Shown here: positions 19,571-28,632 of the stretch, piece after piece | Layout: every line of letters begins with the position of its first letter | How positions within the stretch are numbered: the first letter of the stretch is position 1 | IMG/VR virus record: IMGVR_UViG_3300037423_000600 | Location: 1 to 64,000 of that record | From: a virus | Reading direction: 5' to 3' (one strand) | DNA length: 64,000 bases | Program-made: the position numbers and the translations under genes | Notes under the pieces: generated by a model | The model's input: only the letters and a program-made list of their open reading frames with translations | The model's database searches: none | What the model was told of the DNA's origin: nothing

Positions 19571-19912
19571 ATGTTTACGTATTCGGCGGTGGTGACTCGG
19601 GTAGTGGATGGAGACACCTTTCATTGTAATATCGACCTCGGCTTTAGGATGGGCGTAAATGATATGGTTATTCGTATGGCCGATATCAACGCCCCGGAAA
19701 TGTCTACGGAGGCGGGACGGGTAGCAAAACAGTATTTGGTTTCCCGTATTGAGGGTAAGGAGATTATTCTCCGTACCTATAAACCGGACAAGTACGGGCG
19801 GTGGCTTGGTGTAGTATTCGTAGAGCCGGATAAAGGTTCTGTTAACGCGGAAATGGTGGCTAAAGGATTGGCCGTTCCTTATATGGTTAATAAGGAGGAT
19901 GGGGTCTTATGA
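19571..19912 (+). CDS. Thermonuclease (SNase-like)
   Basis: RVVDGDT, IR..DINAPE, DKYGRWLG, VN..MV..GLA. Confidence 0.9.
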   Translation: MFTYSAVVTRVVDGDTFHCNIDLGFRMGVNDMVIRMADINAPEMSTEAGRVAKQYLVSRIEGKEIILRTYKPDKYGRWLGVVFVEPDKGSVNAEMVAKGLAVPYMVNKEDGVL

Positions 19913-20268
19913 GTAAGCAAACGACCGGGGCGGTGGATATCGATGGGGTATTGGCTTCCTTGCTCGAATCCGGTAATTACCCTGAGGATTATAAGAAGAA
20001 AACGGTCATCAGCGGGGCGGTGGAGTCGCTAAAGACGCTCAGGGCTTTAGGTCACCGGATTGTTCTCTTTACCGCCCGATACGAGATTGACCGGGTAGTA
20101 ACCGAGAAATGGCTCCATGATAACGGCTTCGCCGGGCTCTACGATGAACTCATTATGGATAAACCCAAGTTCGATTACGTGATTGATGACCGGGCTATTC
20201 GGTTTGAAGGCTGGGCGGCGACCATCGACAAGGTGTTCCAACTTCATAAGTCGGGCAGGTGGTACTAA
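19909..20268 (+). CDS. Small HAD-superfamily phosphatase
   Basis: DIDGVL motif I, FTAR motif II, KP...IDD motifs III/IV. Confidence 0.85.
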   Translation: MSKQTTGAVDIDGVLASLLESGNYPEDYKKKTVISGAVESLKTLRALGHRIVLFTARYEIDRVVTEKWLHDNGFAGLYDELIMDKPKFDYVIDDRAIRFEGWAATIDKVFQLHKSGRWY

Positions 20269-20468
20269 TGAAAGAACCCATGAGAATTTCCACCCGGCTA
20301 CCCCTCCCCGCCTCTATCTGTGAACATGGATGCAAGCATATGGTGGAACTCCATATCGGAGCCAATCTCTTTCAAATGTGTGAGGTTGATGCTTTCCACC
20401 TTGGGCGCGGGCTGATGGATACGGTAACGGCGCGGGACAATGTGAAAATTTCTTTAGGAGGGAAATAA
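20268..20468 (+). CDS. Hypothetical protein
   Basis: TAATG-coupled ORF. Confidence 0.5.
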   Translation: MKEPMRISTRLPLPASICEHGCKHMVELHIGANLFQMCEVDAFHLGRGLMDTVTARDNVKISLGGK

Positions 20469-20469
20469 G

Positions 20470-20808
20470 ATGCCAGTGAATGTAGCGGTTAGTCAACCAA
20501 TGAAAATGCCTTACGGGATGGCACAGCTTATTGCTGTAACCACGGATTATGAGATTCAATATACGGTTCTTAAGCGCGGCGGGATTATCCCGAAGCAATA
20601 TAACAGCCTGATTGACCTCTTTTTCTACGTAGTGGCCGGGTACGGGAAATACACCGATAATGCCGGAACGACCTATGAAGTCCGGCCGGGCGACCGCTTC
20701 GTGGTTTTGTCGGGGGAGCAATATTCCCTTGAGGGGAGTCCGAATTACGACCTCACCCTTATTCAAACCTCCGGCGTAAACCCGGATAACGCTGTGGTGC
20801 TCGTATGA
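20470..20808 (+). CDS. Cupin-fold protein (possible sugar isomerase/epimerase)
   Basis: FFYVVAGYG...YEVRPGD.F.V..G..Y cupin pattern; the usual metal-binding His residues are not evident. Confidence 0.6.
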   Translation: MPVNVAVSQPMKMPYGMAQLIAVTTDYEIQYTVLKRGGIIPKQYNSLIDLFFYVVAGYGKYTDNAGTTYEVRPGDRFVVLSGEQYSLEGSPNYDLTLIQTSGVNPDNAVVLV

Positions 20809-21521
20809 GTACAAAATTCCAAGACAAGCACGTTCTGATGTTCTCCGGCGGGCTGGACTCCTATCTGGCGTACTTGGTTCTTCGGGATAACGACATCGAC
20901 CCGCAGTTGGTGTATGCAAACCTTGGACATCGGTACATGGAAACCGAATGGGCGGCGGCTCAGGCTTTAGCTATATCCCACGGGAAGGACCTGTTCACTG
21001 ACAACGCCCTCCGTCTGGGCGGCCGGGAAGAGGAAAATGCCTTTATCCCGAACCGGAATGGCTTCCTTGCTATGATAGGGGCCTTCTACGGTAACCATAT
21101 CTGGATGGCGATTATGGACGGGGAGCAGTCGTATCATGACTGTAAGGAAGGTACCTTTGTAGCAATGTCCATGGCTCTTACGGCTCTGTCCGGGAAGAGT
21201 ACGCTTGTGGATTCTCCGTTCTGGGATAAGACAAAGACGGAGGTAATCCGGGCGTTAGACCCGAAGTATTACGGGCTTTTGACTAAAACCCGGTCCTGTC
21301 ACCATCAGCATTTATTCCAAGGGGAACATTGTGGCGAATGTCCGGCCTGCTTCCGGCGGTGGGTTGCGTTCTCTCTGAATGGGATTAAGGATAAATACGT
21401 CCACCTGCCATGGAGTTCAGCGGTGGCGGCGGCGTATTACCGGAAAGCCTCCAAAGGCGAGTACGGCCCCAAACGGTCCCAAGAAATCCTCGACGCTTTA
21501 GCCCGGGAGGGAATCTTCTAA
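20805..21521 (+). CDS. queC: 7-cyano-7-deazaguanine synthase
   Basis: FSGGLDS PP-loop, IPNRN, YHDC, TKTEVI, TRSC, HCGECPACFRR. Confidence 0.9.
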   Translation: MSTKFQDKHVLMFSGGLDSYLAYLVLRDNDIDPQLVYANLGHRYMETEWAAAQALAISHGKDLFTDNALRLGGREEENAFIPNRNGFLAMIGAFYGNHIWMAIMDGEQSYHDCKEGTFVAMSMALTALSGKSTLVDSPFWDKTKTEVIRALDPKYYGLLTKTRSCHHQHLFQGEHCGECPACFRRWVAFSLNGIKDKYVHLPWSSAVAAAYYRKASKGEYGPKRSQEILDALAREGIF

Positions 21522-21958
21522 TGATTATTTTCACGAACGGAGTCTTTGACCTTCTTCATGTAGGTCATCTTGATTTTCTCCGGAAAATCTACGGAGAAAA
21601 GTTTAACTACCCGGACCCGAAGATTGTCGTGGGTATCAACTCGGATGAATCGGTTCGTCGGCTAAAGGGACCTTCCCGCCCGATTATTCCCCAAAACCAC
21701 CGGAAAATGATGCTTGAGGCCCTCTCCATTGTCGATAAGGTCTACATATTTGAAGAAGATACGGCGGTAGAACTTATCCGTAAGCTCAGTCCGGCGGTTT
21801 ACTTTAAGGGTTGGGATTACTTCGGGAAACCGAAATGCCCGGAGCAGGAGTTTGTGGAATCCTACGGCGGAGAGGTTCGCTTGGCGATGCCCCCACTCCC
21901 GTCTTTAGGAGTCATGCATACCACGGACATTATCAATAAAATTAAAGCAGGTGGTTAA
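21521..21958 (+). CDS. HldE/RfaE domain II-like nucleotidyltransferase
   Basis: FTNGVFDLLHVGH, VGINSDESVRRLKG..RPI, FEEDT, KG.DY, TTDIINKI. Confidence 0.9.
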   Translation: MIIFTNGVFDLLHVGHLDFLRKIYGEKFNYPDPKIVVGINSDESVRRLKGPSRPIIPQNHRKMMLEALSIVDKVYIFEEDTAVELIRKLSPAVYFKGWDYFGKPKCPEQEFVESYGGEVRLAMPPLPSLGVMHTTDIINKIKAGG

Positions 21959-21959
21959 T

Positions 21960-22676
21960 ATGTCGAAGCCTCAATGGACGATTGCCGGAGACTGTATTAT
22001 AGATTGGGTGATTCATAATGGAAAAGTTACCCCCACGGCAGGAGGGGCGGGGAACATTGTACGAGGTTTGCTTCATCTTGGGCACAATGTCCGTTACCTC
22101 ACTGTTTACAATCCTATGCTGTATCCCCTTAATGCTGTCCTTCCGGTACACGGGGATTCACTCACTGACTTCTCTCAGCGTAACGTGTTTGTTCGCAATT
22201 ATGATGGCAATATATTTCACAGGTATCGGGAAAATGTTCGCTCTAAGGTATTCGACATTAAAGATGCCTTGGCCGTTATCTGCCATGAAGATTCGGTGGT
22301 TCGCCGCTTTGACGCAATTTATGCCGATGTACGTGACCCTAGAGTTCGTGGTACGTGTCAGTTTCTCCGGATGAGTTCTTCGGACCCATGGGAGGACATC
22401 ATGCGGGGGGTTAATTGGAAGATGGCGGTGGTCACCTATAAAGACCATATCCGTGTCTACAATAATTGGGGCGAACCTACCGTTACCATCGAGTTCCCTT
22501 CGGTGGTGGCGGTGGATGATATCGGGGCGGGGGACACCTTCGATGTTGGCTTCTTGGATTGGTTCTTGACTCCCGAGAATGAAGGAAAGTCCGCCTATGA
22601 CGGCTTTAGACACGCGGTTACCTTGGCACAAGAAAAGGTACAACAGATTGGAGTGTTCCTACATGGCAACTGTTAA
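21960..22676 (+). CDS. PfkB-family sugar kinase (HldE/RfaE domain I-like)
   Basis: GD..ID, GGAGNI...L..LG, DDIGAGDTF. Confidence 0.8.
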   Translation: MSKPQWTIAGDCIIDWVIHNGKVTPTAGGAGNIVRGLLHLGHNVRYLTVYNPMLYPLNAVLPVHGDSLTDFSQRNVFVRNYDGNIFHRYRENVRSKVFDIKDALAVICHEDSVVRRFDAIYADVRDPRVRGTCQFLRMSSSDPWEDIMRGVNWKMAVVTYKDHIRVYNNWGEPTVTIEFPSVVAVDDIGAGDTFDVGFLDWFLTPENEGKSAYDGFRHAVTLAQEKVQQIGVFLHGNC

Positions 22677-23646
22677 TGTTCCTTTCGAAGGTTCTAGAGA
22701 TTACATGACGCTTGGACTCCGTATGTTTGCCCCGGGGCTTGGGGATTTGGTACTTACCATCCCGCCGCTGTTTAATCTTAAAGCTAGGGGCATCATCCAC
22801 CATATTGTTCTGTTCGTATTTAATGAAGGACAGGCCGCGTTAGCTAAATCCTTCGATTTCATCGATACGGTTCAGATTGTGGATTTTGACTCTGATTGCC
22901 GGGCTCAAATGTTCCCCGGGCATTTCTATATTGATATGGCGGAACACCCGCTGGAGAAAATCTGGTGGGGCTCCCCCGAGTATCTGGAGAAGCATGGCAA
23001 GACTCCGGTGAAAAATATCATCGAGCAGATTCTTGGTGGGCAAGGCTTTCCGGAAGTTAACCCGCAACCCCGGAGACGGGGAGCCTATCCTTATGAAGGG
23101 GAACTCTCCAATGCGGTTCTCTTGGCTCCCGGCGGCCGCCGCCGAACGAAACTCCTGCCTGATGAACACTGGCTCACTTTAGCGGAGCATATTAAGCATC
23201 TGGGCTACGATGTTTACCTCATTGGGGACAAACATCATAAGGGGTCGGAGCAACTCCTTAGATTGGAAGCCAAGGGCCTTAAACATTACGACAAGGCATG
23301 GGATTTCGGGCGGATTTCCGGGGTTCAGGCCATCATCGAGTACATCCGGCAGGCTAAAGCGGTGGTGTCCATTGACAACGGCATCTATCATATTGCGAGT
23401 CTGATGGAGAAGCCTACCCTTGGATTCTTCGGCCCGATGCCTTCGTGGTTATGGGGCGGGGTCGGTTCCAAGACGGTCAATATGGACACTGGATGCGGCA
23501 TTAACTGTACATCCATTCCGCTGGATTGGGATTGTGTCGGCCACGCCTGCATGACTACGGACTTCAATCCGTTCTTGGCATTACGCATCTTTAGGGAGGA
23601 TATCGAGCCATGGATTACGGACTCCTCACGTTCACCCCTTACATAG
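22663..23646 (+). CDS. GT9-like (heptosyltransferase-like) glycosyltransferase
   Basis: GLGDLVLTIP, LAPGG...K, VSIDNGIYHIA....KPTLGFFGP, C-terminal Cys cluster. Confidence 0.8.
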   Translation: MATVNVPFEGSRDYMTLGLRMFAPGLGDLVLTIPPLFNLKARGIIHHIVLFVFNEGQAALAKSFDFIDTVQIVDFDSDCRAQMFPGHFYIDMAEHPLEKIWWGSPEYLEKHGKTPVKNIIEQILGGQGFPEVNPQPRRRGAYPYEGELSNAVLLAPGGRRRTKLLPDEHWLTLAEHIKHLGYDVYLIGDKHHKGSEQLLRLEAKGLKHYDKAWDFGRISGVQAIIEYIRQAKAVVSIDNGIYHIASLMEKPTLGFFGPMPSWLWGGVGSKTVNMDTGCGINCTSIPLDWDCVGHACMTTDFNPFLALRIFREDIEPWITDSSRSPLT

Positions 23647-24689
23647 GGGATACGTTCGTCGCTACGGCCTTGGCCCGGAAGATATACAAGCTGTCCGGGC
23701 AGGAGGTCGCCGTCGCTCAAATCGGGGATGAAAATGTGTTTACCTCCTACTTTGCGGATGACACAATGTTGGCTACCTACAGCGGTCCGTACACCGAGTT
23801 CCTAAAGGAGGGTTCCACCTTTAGTCCGGAGGCTCCGCTGTCCAAGCTGTTCTTCAAGGGGCAGTTCAATTATTTCTATTCCGAGACTACAGAGTATAAG
23901 GCCAAGATTGAATCCTTGGTGGCGGAAGTTCTACAGGGGTTTACGAAGGACGAAGTTATCCACACTTTCCACTATACGTATCCACATGCGGCCCTCGGGC
24001 GGGAAGCCCTCCGGCGGGGGCTCACCGTGAGAGGATACGTACTGGATGAAGGCAATAACCTGATGATGATTAATCACCGGGGCGAAAAGGTCAATGCGGT
24101 TATCTGGACTGACGATTTCATCGGTACCCGGCTGGCCCGGCAGTTTCTCGGGACGGACTTGACCATTGACGATTTCAAGGTAAACCTTTCCCCGAGCCAC
24201 ATTGTCGAGAATAAAGTCACCATCCTCCCGGCCACCCGGGGCGGCGGGTTGCCTTCGGTAGGGCATTGGACTTTAGACGCGGAGTATCTGGTACGGGAAG
24301 GCTATAACGTTGAAGTGGCATGGCACAGCCAAGAGGAACTGGATATGTCCCCGTTCATGGCGGCCGGGGCCAATGTAAGCCTGTTCAGCAGTATGGAGGC
24401 TTTCCTCTTCCACATTACCTCCTCCGAGTTCATCATCTGTAATGACTCCTCCGCCTTTCACTTGGCTTGGTACTTCGGCGTTCCGGCTATTGTGAAGCTA
24501 AAGGGTGGGTTCAATTACGAGTGGACTCCGGAATGGGTGGCGGAGCGGAACGATTACCTCTTCTTCCCACCCACTATGATGTACGAGGAAGAGTATCTTA
24601 AGACCCTATCCCATATGGTGAAGGACCTGCGGTTCTCCATCCGGCGGGGTCCGAGTCGAAGGAGGGCGAGGTTCTTTGGCGAGATGTAA
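23610..24689 (+). CDS. Second, more divergent GT9-like glycosyltransferase
   Basis: YIGDTFVATAL and ICNDSSAFHLAWYFGVP match GT9 N- and C-terminal motifs. Confidence 0.7.
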   Translation: MDYGLLTFTPYIGDTFVATALARKIYKLSGQEVAVAQIGDENVFTSYFADDTMLATYSGPYTEFLKEGSTFSPEAPLSKLFFKGQFNYFYSETTEYKAKIESLVAEVLQGFTKDEVIHTFHYTYPHAALGREALRRGLTVRGYVLDEGNNLMMINHRGEKVNAVIWTDDFIGTRLARQFLGTDLTIDDFKVNLSPSHIVENKVTILPATRGGGLPSVGHWTLDAEYLVREGYNVEVAWHSQEELDMSPFMAAGANVSLFSSMEAFLFHITSSEFIICNDSSAFHLAWYFGVPAIVKLKGGFNYEWTPEWVAERNDYLFFPPTMMYEEEYLKTLSHMVKDLRFSIRRGPSRRRARFFGEM

Positions 24690-25038
24690 ACGAATGACCG
24701 TGACGGCTATCGGCATCGACGCTTTAGGACGGTCGGCGTACGCCCGGAATTATAACCGGACGGAGTGTACATCGGAGCCGGGAAAATGTGGCTGTATCCA
24801 TGCGGAGACGGCCCTACTGGAACACATGCCTCGGCCGACGCTGGTTTTAGTATCCCACTCCCCCTGTCTGGACTGTGCTATCCGCTTGGTCCGGGCGGGA
24901 GTGCTAAAGGTGGGCTTTTACTATCAGTACCGCTTGATGGATGGCCTCAATTACCTCAAGGAAAATGGCGTGACTACGTATGCCCTCACGGAGGCTCAGT
25001 GGGCTGACGCTCAAAAATATCTTGTCGAGGAGGAGTAG
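24676..25038 (+). CDS. dCMP/cytidine deaminase-family protein
   Basis: HAE and SPCLDCA Zn motifs; Y....G...L...GV. Confidence 0.85.
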   Translation: MARCKRMTVTAIGIDALGRSAYARNYNRTECTSEPGKCGCIHAETALLEHMPRPTLVLVSHSPCLDCAIRLVRAGVLKVGFYYQYRLMDGLNYLKENGVTTYALTEAQWADAQKYLVEEE

Positions 25039-25041
25039 GCC

Positions 25042-26025
25042 ATGCGTATCTACTTGGCAGGTGGCGAGTCCATGTTAAACATCTTGAAGAACAACGGGGC
25101 GGAACACGTACTGGTTTCCTACTACTACCTCCGGGAGAAAGGGGAAAAGACGGTAGAGCATCTGCTGAACTCCTTCCCCGATGTGTTCTTGGACTCCGGG
25201 GCCTTTACCTTGAACGTCCAAATTGCTAAAGAGGGAATCTCATGGGAGGAGGCCCAGCGTGACCCGAGGATTAAAAACTATGTGGAGGACTATGCTCGGT
25301 TTTTGGACAAGTGGGGCCACCGCTTTAGTATCCATGCGGAAATCGATGTGGGGCCGGAGGAGCAGAAAACAAGACAACGGGAGTTCTTGGAACAATACTC
25401 CGATAGAATCCTCCCGGTTATTCACCCCTCCGACTATCCAGAATATCAGCACTACCTATGTCAGAACTATGACTACGTGGCCCTCGGCGGGGTCGGTCAA
25501 GCGCGGTCGCTGGAGGCTATCAAGGCGTATGTCACTCGGAAAATCCAGTTGGCTAAACGGTACGGCACCCGGTACCACGGCTTCGCCATCACGATTATCG
25601 AAATGATGCGGGCCCTTCCCTTCTACTCCTGTGACTCAACCTCTTGGCTGATGGGTGGTAAGTACGGGATGACGTTTTGGTTCGACGGCCACCGCCTGCG
25701 GGCTTACGACAAATTCTCCAAGAACGTCCGGCGGCGGTTCAAGCGAGAGTGTATGGAGCTTGGAGTCGATTGGGAAAAGTTCATGGCGGATAAGGCCCCA
25801 GCGGTGAACAAGTTCAATTTACTCCAATGGATTCAGTATCAGAAGTTCATGAATACTAAAGGGGCTCAGGGCATCGGCCAGTACAAGGAACAACAGGAGT
25901 CGTTCTTTAGGGAACACCCGAACTATCGGGAAATCTATATCGATGAATACCGGAGGGATGAAAGTGAAGATACCGACTTGGATGCCGGAGCGGTTGGAAA
26001 TACGGACGGAGGACTCGGAACATGA
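25042..26025 (+). CDS. dpdA: TGT-fold base-exchange enzyme, DpdA-like
   Basis: FLDSGAFT, PVIH, YVALGG, YHGFA, SCDSTSW; clustered with folE/queE/queC. Confidence 0.75.
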   Translation: MRIYLAGGESMLNILKNNGAEHVLVSYYYLREKGEKTVEHLLNSFPDVFLDSGAFTLNVQIAKEGISWEEAQRDPRIKNYVEDYARFLDKWGHRFSIHAEIDVGPEEQKTRQREFLEQYSDRILPVIHPSDYPEYQHYLCQNYDYVALGGVGQARSLEAIKAYVTRKIQLAKRYGTRYHGFAITIIEMMRALPFYSCDSTSWLMGGKYGMTFWFDGHRLRAYDKFSKNVRRRFKRECMELGVDWEKFMADKAPAVNKFNLLQWIQYQKFMNTKGAQGIGQYKEQQESFFREHPNYREIYIDEYRRDESEDTDLDAGAVGNTDGGLGT

Positions 26026-26179
26026 CTTGGTTATCGTTGACCCGGAAAGGGACTTCTACCAATCGGCTATTTTCTTGTCCTTGGGCCACCGTATGACGGA
26101 TATGCCTAATGAACAACTAAAGGCATTGGCTGAAAAATTATGTGAACTCTATAATGAGTGGAGGGCGGGCCATGAGTGA
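25958..26179 (+). CDS. Hypothetical protein
   Basis: GGAGG upstream of ATG 25958. Confidence 0.45.
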   Translation: MKVKIPTWMPERLEIRTEDSEHDLVIVDPERDFYQSAIFLSLGHRMTDMPNEQLKALAEKLCELYNEWRAGHE

Positions 26180-26570
26180 CGAAATTCCGATGTACAATCT
26201 GAACGAATTGACTCCTGAGAAGTTCTCGGAGGCTTTAGAAAGCCTTTGTCCGAGTGGCATCTATCAAGACCGTAAACGCCCGTATAGTGGACAGATGCAC
26301 ACTCACAGCGGTAGCCGGGGACAGACTTTGGTTCAAGGGTTAACGATGCGGGACATCACAGACTGTTTCCGTATCGCGCTGTGGGAATCGGCGGGGAGTC
26401 CCGGGAATGCGGCTTCTGTTTATGACTTAGACCTCTCAGATATCGACCCGGTGGCGGTAGAACAAAATCTTGTGTGCAATATCGAAAAGATGATGGGTAT
26501 TTTTCCGAACGTTCCTAAATTAAAATGGGTCGAGGAGGAATCTAACGATGGCACGGAGAACGTTGAGTGA
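26172..26570 (+). CDS. Hypothetical protein
   Basis: GGAGG RBS; overlapping start. Confidence 0.65.
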   Translation: MSDEIPMYNLNELTPEKFSEALESLCPSGIYQDRKRPYSGQMHTHSGSRGQTLVQGLTMRDITDCFRIALWESAGSPGNAASVYDLDLSDIDPVAVEQNLVCNIEKMMGIFPNVPKLKWVEEESNDGTENVE

Positions 26571-26766
26571 GAAGCAGGTTTCGGATATGAAGGCGATCTA
26601 TACGGTTCAAAAGAATGACTCTTCCTCGGAGACAGATGACTACATGCGTGGTATGTTCAACGGTATGGAACTCATGATGGCAATTGTGGAGAAGCGGAAT
26701 CCCGCTTATAAAGAAGTTCCTCAGCCGGAAAGCCAGATAGATAAATGGGCTCGTAAACACCTATGA
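26548..26766 (+). CDS. Hypothetical protein
   Basis: GAGGAGG RBS; contains YMRGMFNGMEL. Confidence 0.65.
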   Translation: MARRTLSEKQVSDMKAIYTVQKNDSSSETDDYMRGMFNGMELMMAIVEKRNPAYKEVPQPESQIDKWARKHL

Positions 26767-26951
26767 CTAAAACACCATGTTGTCGAAAATGCGGCGGAGT
26801 TTTAGAACGGGAAGAGGAGGACCCTGTAGAGGTAGGAATGCTCACCGCTTCCTACCAGCTACCTCGGCCCATTAGATGCGTTCGTTGTTACACGGAGCAT
26901 ATTATCTACATTGAAAATGGAATAGCCTTTGCTGTCCCTCAAGGTACTTAA
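26763..26951 (+). CDS. Small Zn-ribbon protein
   Basis: CRKC...CVRC; ATGA overlap. Confidence 0.55.
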   Translation: MTKTPCCRKCGGVLEREEEDPVEVGMLTASYQLPRPIRCVRCYTEHIIYIENGIAFAVPQGT

Positions 26952-27024
26952 GAATCTAAAGGACCTTCTACTTAAGATTCTTAAGGAACAATATAAACCT
27001 ATTAAATAAAACTAAAACATTGTT
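26944..27024. repeat. Cluster 2 of CTTWAG-N3-CTWAAG palindromes with A-rich tail
   Basis: CTTAAGAATCTAAAG, CTTAAGATTCTTAAG, then TTAAATAAAACTAAAACATTG. Confidence 0.85.
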
Positions 27025-27082
27025 TTCGATTCCGGCCTTTAGGTGATATAATAGTTATAAGTTGGGAAGGAGGTTACGGATT

Positions 27083-27700
27083 ATGATTGACGAGTTTAAG
27101 AAGAAGGTCAATGAGGACCCCCACAAGAATATTATCATACCGGATAACGCCGACCCGGATGATATTGTCGAAAAGGACGGGCTCCCCTCTACCCCGCAAA
27201 TCAAGGGGTTCCAAGCGATGCGGGAACAACTGGCAGACGAGAAGCCAAAAGCGGACCAAATTGTAGTACGGCAACGGGCGGAGGTTGCGATTCCGGAAGG
27301 GCGGACTTTAGCCACCGATCTATTGGACGTTCCTAAATTGTGTGACCAATGCTATCTGATTGACAAGTGCCCACACTTCGAGCCAAACACGACTTGTTAT
27401 TTCCGGACGGCGATTCAAATAAACGACCAATCTTCCTTGGTCGAACTCATGCAGATGATGATTACGATGCAGGGGCAACGGGTATTATTCGGGCGACTCA
27501 TTGAGCAATCCGAGGGCGGCTACATAGACCAGAACTTGTCGAAGGAAATGAAGCTACTCATGGACCTCATGAAGGATATGAAGGAAATCTTGGCACCGCC
27601 TCAGGAGACAGTCACTATCAAGGCATCCGGTCCGGCGAAGCCCGGCGGCGGGGGAATCATCAGCCAGTTATTCGGCGGCGGAGGAGCGAAATCGGAATGA
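27083..27700 (+). CDS. Hypothetical protein with a four-Cys cluster
   Basis: CDQC....CPHF...TC followed by a helical region; AAGGAGG RBS. Confidence 0.7.
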   Translation: MIDEFKKKVNEDPHKNIIIPDNADPDDIVEKDGLPSTPQIKGFQAMREQLADEKPKADQIVVRQRAEVAIPEGRTLATDLLDVPKLCDQCYLIDKCPHFEPNTTCYFRTAIQINDQSSLVELMQMMITMQGQRVLFGRLIEQSEGGYIDQNLSKEMKLLMDLMKDMKEILAPPQETVTIKASGPAKPGGGGIISQLFGGGGAKSE

Positions 27701-27921
27701 GACTTAAACTCGAAATCGATTGGATTCGGTTCGCTATTCTTTGTGGGATTCAACCGTACTGGACTCGATGGTTCCTTCCCATCAACCTTACCATTAGCGG
27801 CTATCTAACCTCGTGCGAAATCACGCTATCGGTCTTGTGGACGGCACACTTCGGGGTACGGATTCCACTCTTTAGGCCCAATCGACGGGCGGCTAAACAG
27901 TATCTCCCTCGGTACAAATAG
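27697..27921 (+). CDS. Hypothetical hydrophobic protein
   Basis: ATGA overlap. Confidence 0.45.
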   Translation: MRLKLEIDWIRFAILCGIQPYWTRWFLPINLTISGYLTSCEITLSVLWTAHFGVRIPLFRPNRRAAKQYLPRYK

Positions 27922-27927
27922 CCTCCG

Positions 27928-28050
27928 GATTTTGCATCCCCGGGAAACCGTCCTAGTATCTATCGCAACTCACATAGATTCTAATGCGGCTGGGGATTTT
28001 GCATCCCCTGTTTGAAGGGGTTGTATCTATCGCAACTCACATCGATTCTC
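27928..28050 (+). repeat. Two-copy direct repeat (67-bp period) carrying the TTTTG-N21-GTATC motif
   Basis: GATTTTGCATCCCC...GTATCTATCGCAACTCACAT(A/C)GATTCT at 27928 and 27995. Confidence 0.85.
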
Positions 28051-28070
28051 ATGAAGAAAGGAACCTGTCA

Positions 28071-28487
28071 ATGACACAAGAACAATTTGAAGCAACTGAC
28101 GAGCTAACGGTAAAGATTAAGATTCGCGCCGGAGATTGGAAGTTAAAACAATCCCTGCTTTCGATTAAGCTGGAAGATATCGCAGCCAGTATTCGTAATG
28201 CGGAGCAGTACGTCTCGGGCGGGGCGGACAACGATGAAAATGGAATGGCCTCCTTTAGTTTGGTACCCGTATTCACGCCGGAAATGAAAGAACAGAAGCT
28301 ATACGTCGATGCCTGCCGCCTTGTGGCGGAGACACAGAACGCTTCGGTATCTCTGATACAGCGGCGACTTCGTGTAGGCTATTCCATGGCCGCTCGGTTT
28401 ATCGACGCAATGGAACGAGATGGCTTCATCGGCCCGTACCAAGGAACTAAGCCTCGGCAGGTTTTTCTCCGGTCCAAGCGGTCTTAA
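28071..28487 (+). CDS. Protein with a stand-alone FtsK/SpoIIIE gamma (winged-helix) domain
   Basis: LY..A..LV...QNASVSLIQRRLRVGY..AAR.ID.ME..G.IGPY.G.KPRQV; no motor domain. Confidence 0.9.
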   Translation: MTQEQFEATDELTVKIKIRAGDWKLKQSLLSIKLEDIAASIRNAEQYVSGGADNDENGMASFSLVPVFTPEMKEQKLYVDACRLVAETQNASVSLIQRRLRVGYSMAARFIDAMERDGFIGPYQGTKPRQVFLRSKRS

Positions 28488-28632
28488 CTTCGCATTTCCT
28501 ATATTATTATATGGGCGGGCGGAGGCCCACAAATAACCCCAACAAGTTACAAGTTCTTTATCACTTGTACCTTCGTTGGGGTTATTCTTTTCTTAGGCCC
28601 AAGGGAAAAGGGCACTCGAAGGAGGTATTCAA

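Noticed and set aside
21521-24689. Host LPS biosynthesis operon or bacterial contamination
   Set aside because: The genes overlap phage queC and the deaminase/dpdA genes, share the CTTTAG periodicity and codon style, and other markers indicate a spore-forming Firmicutes host.
27083-27700. Terminase small subunit
   Set aside because: Size and helical content are compatible, but it is far from terL and has no motif I can confirm; left as hypothetical.
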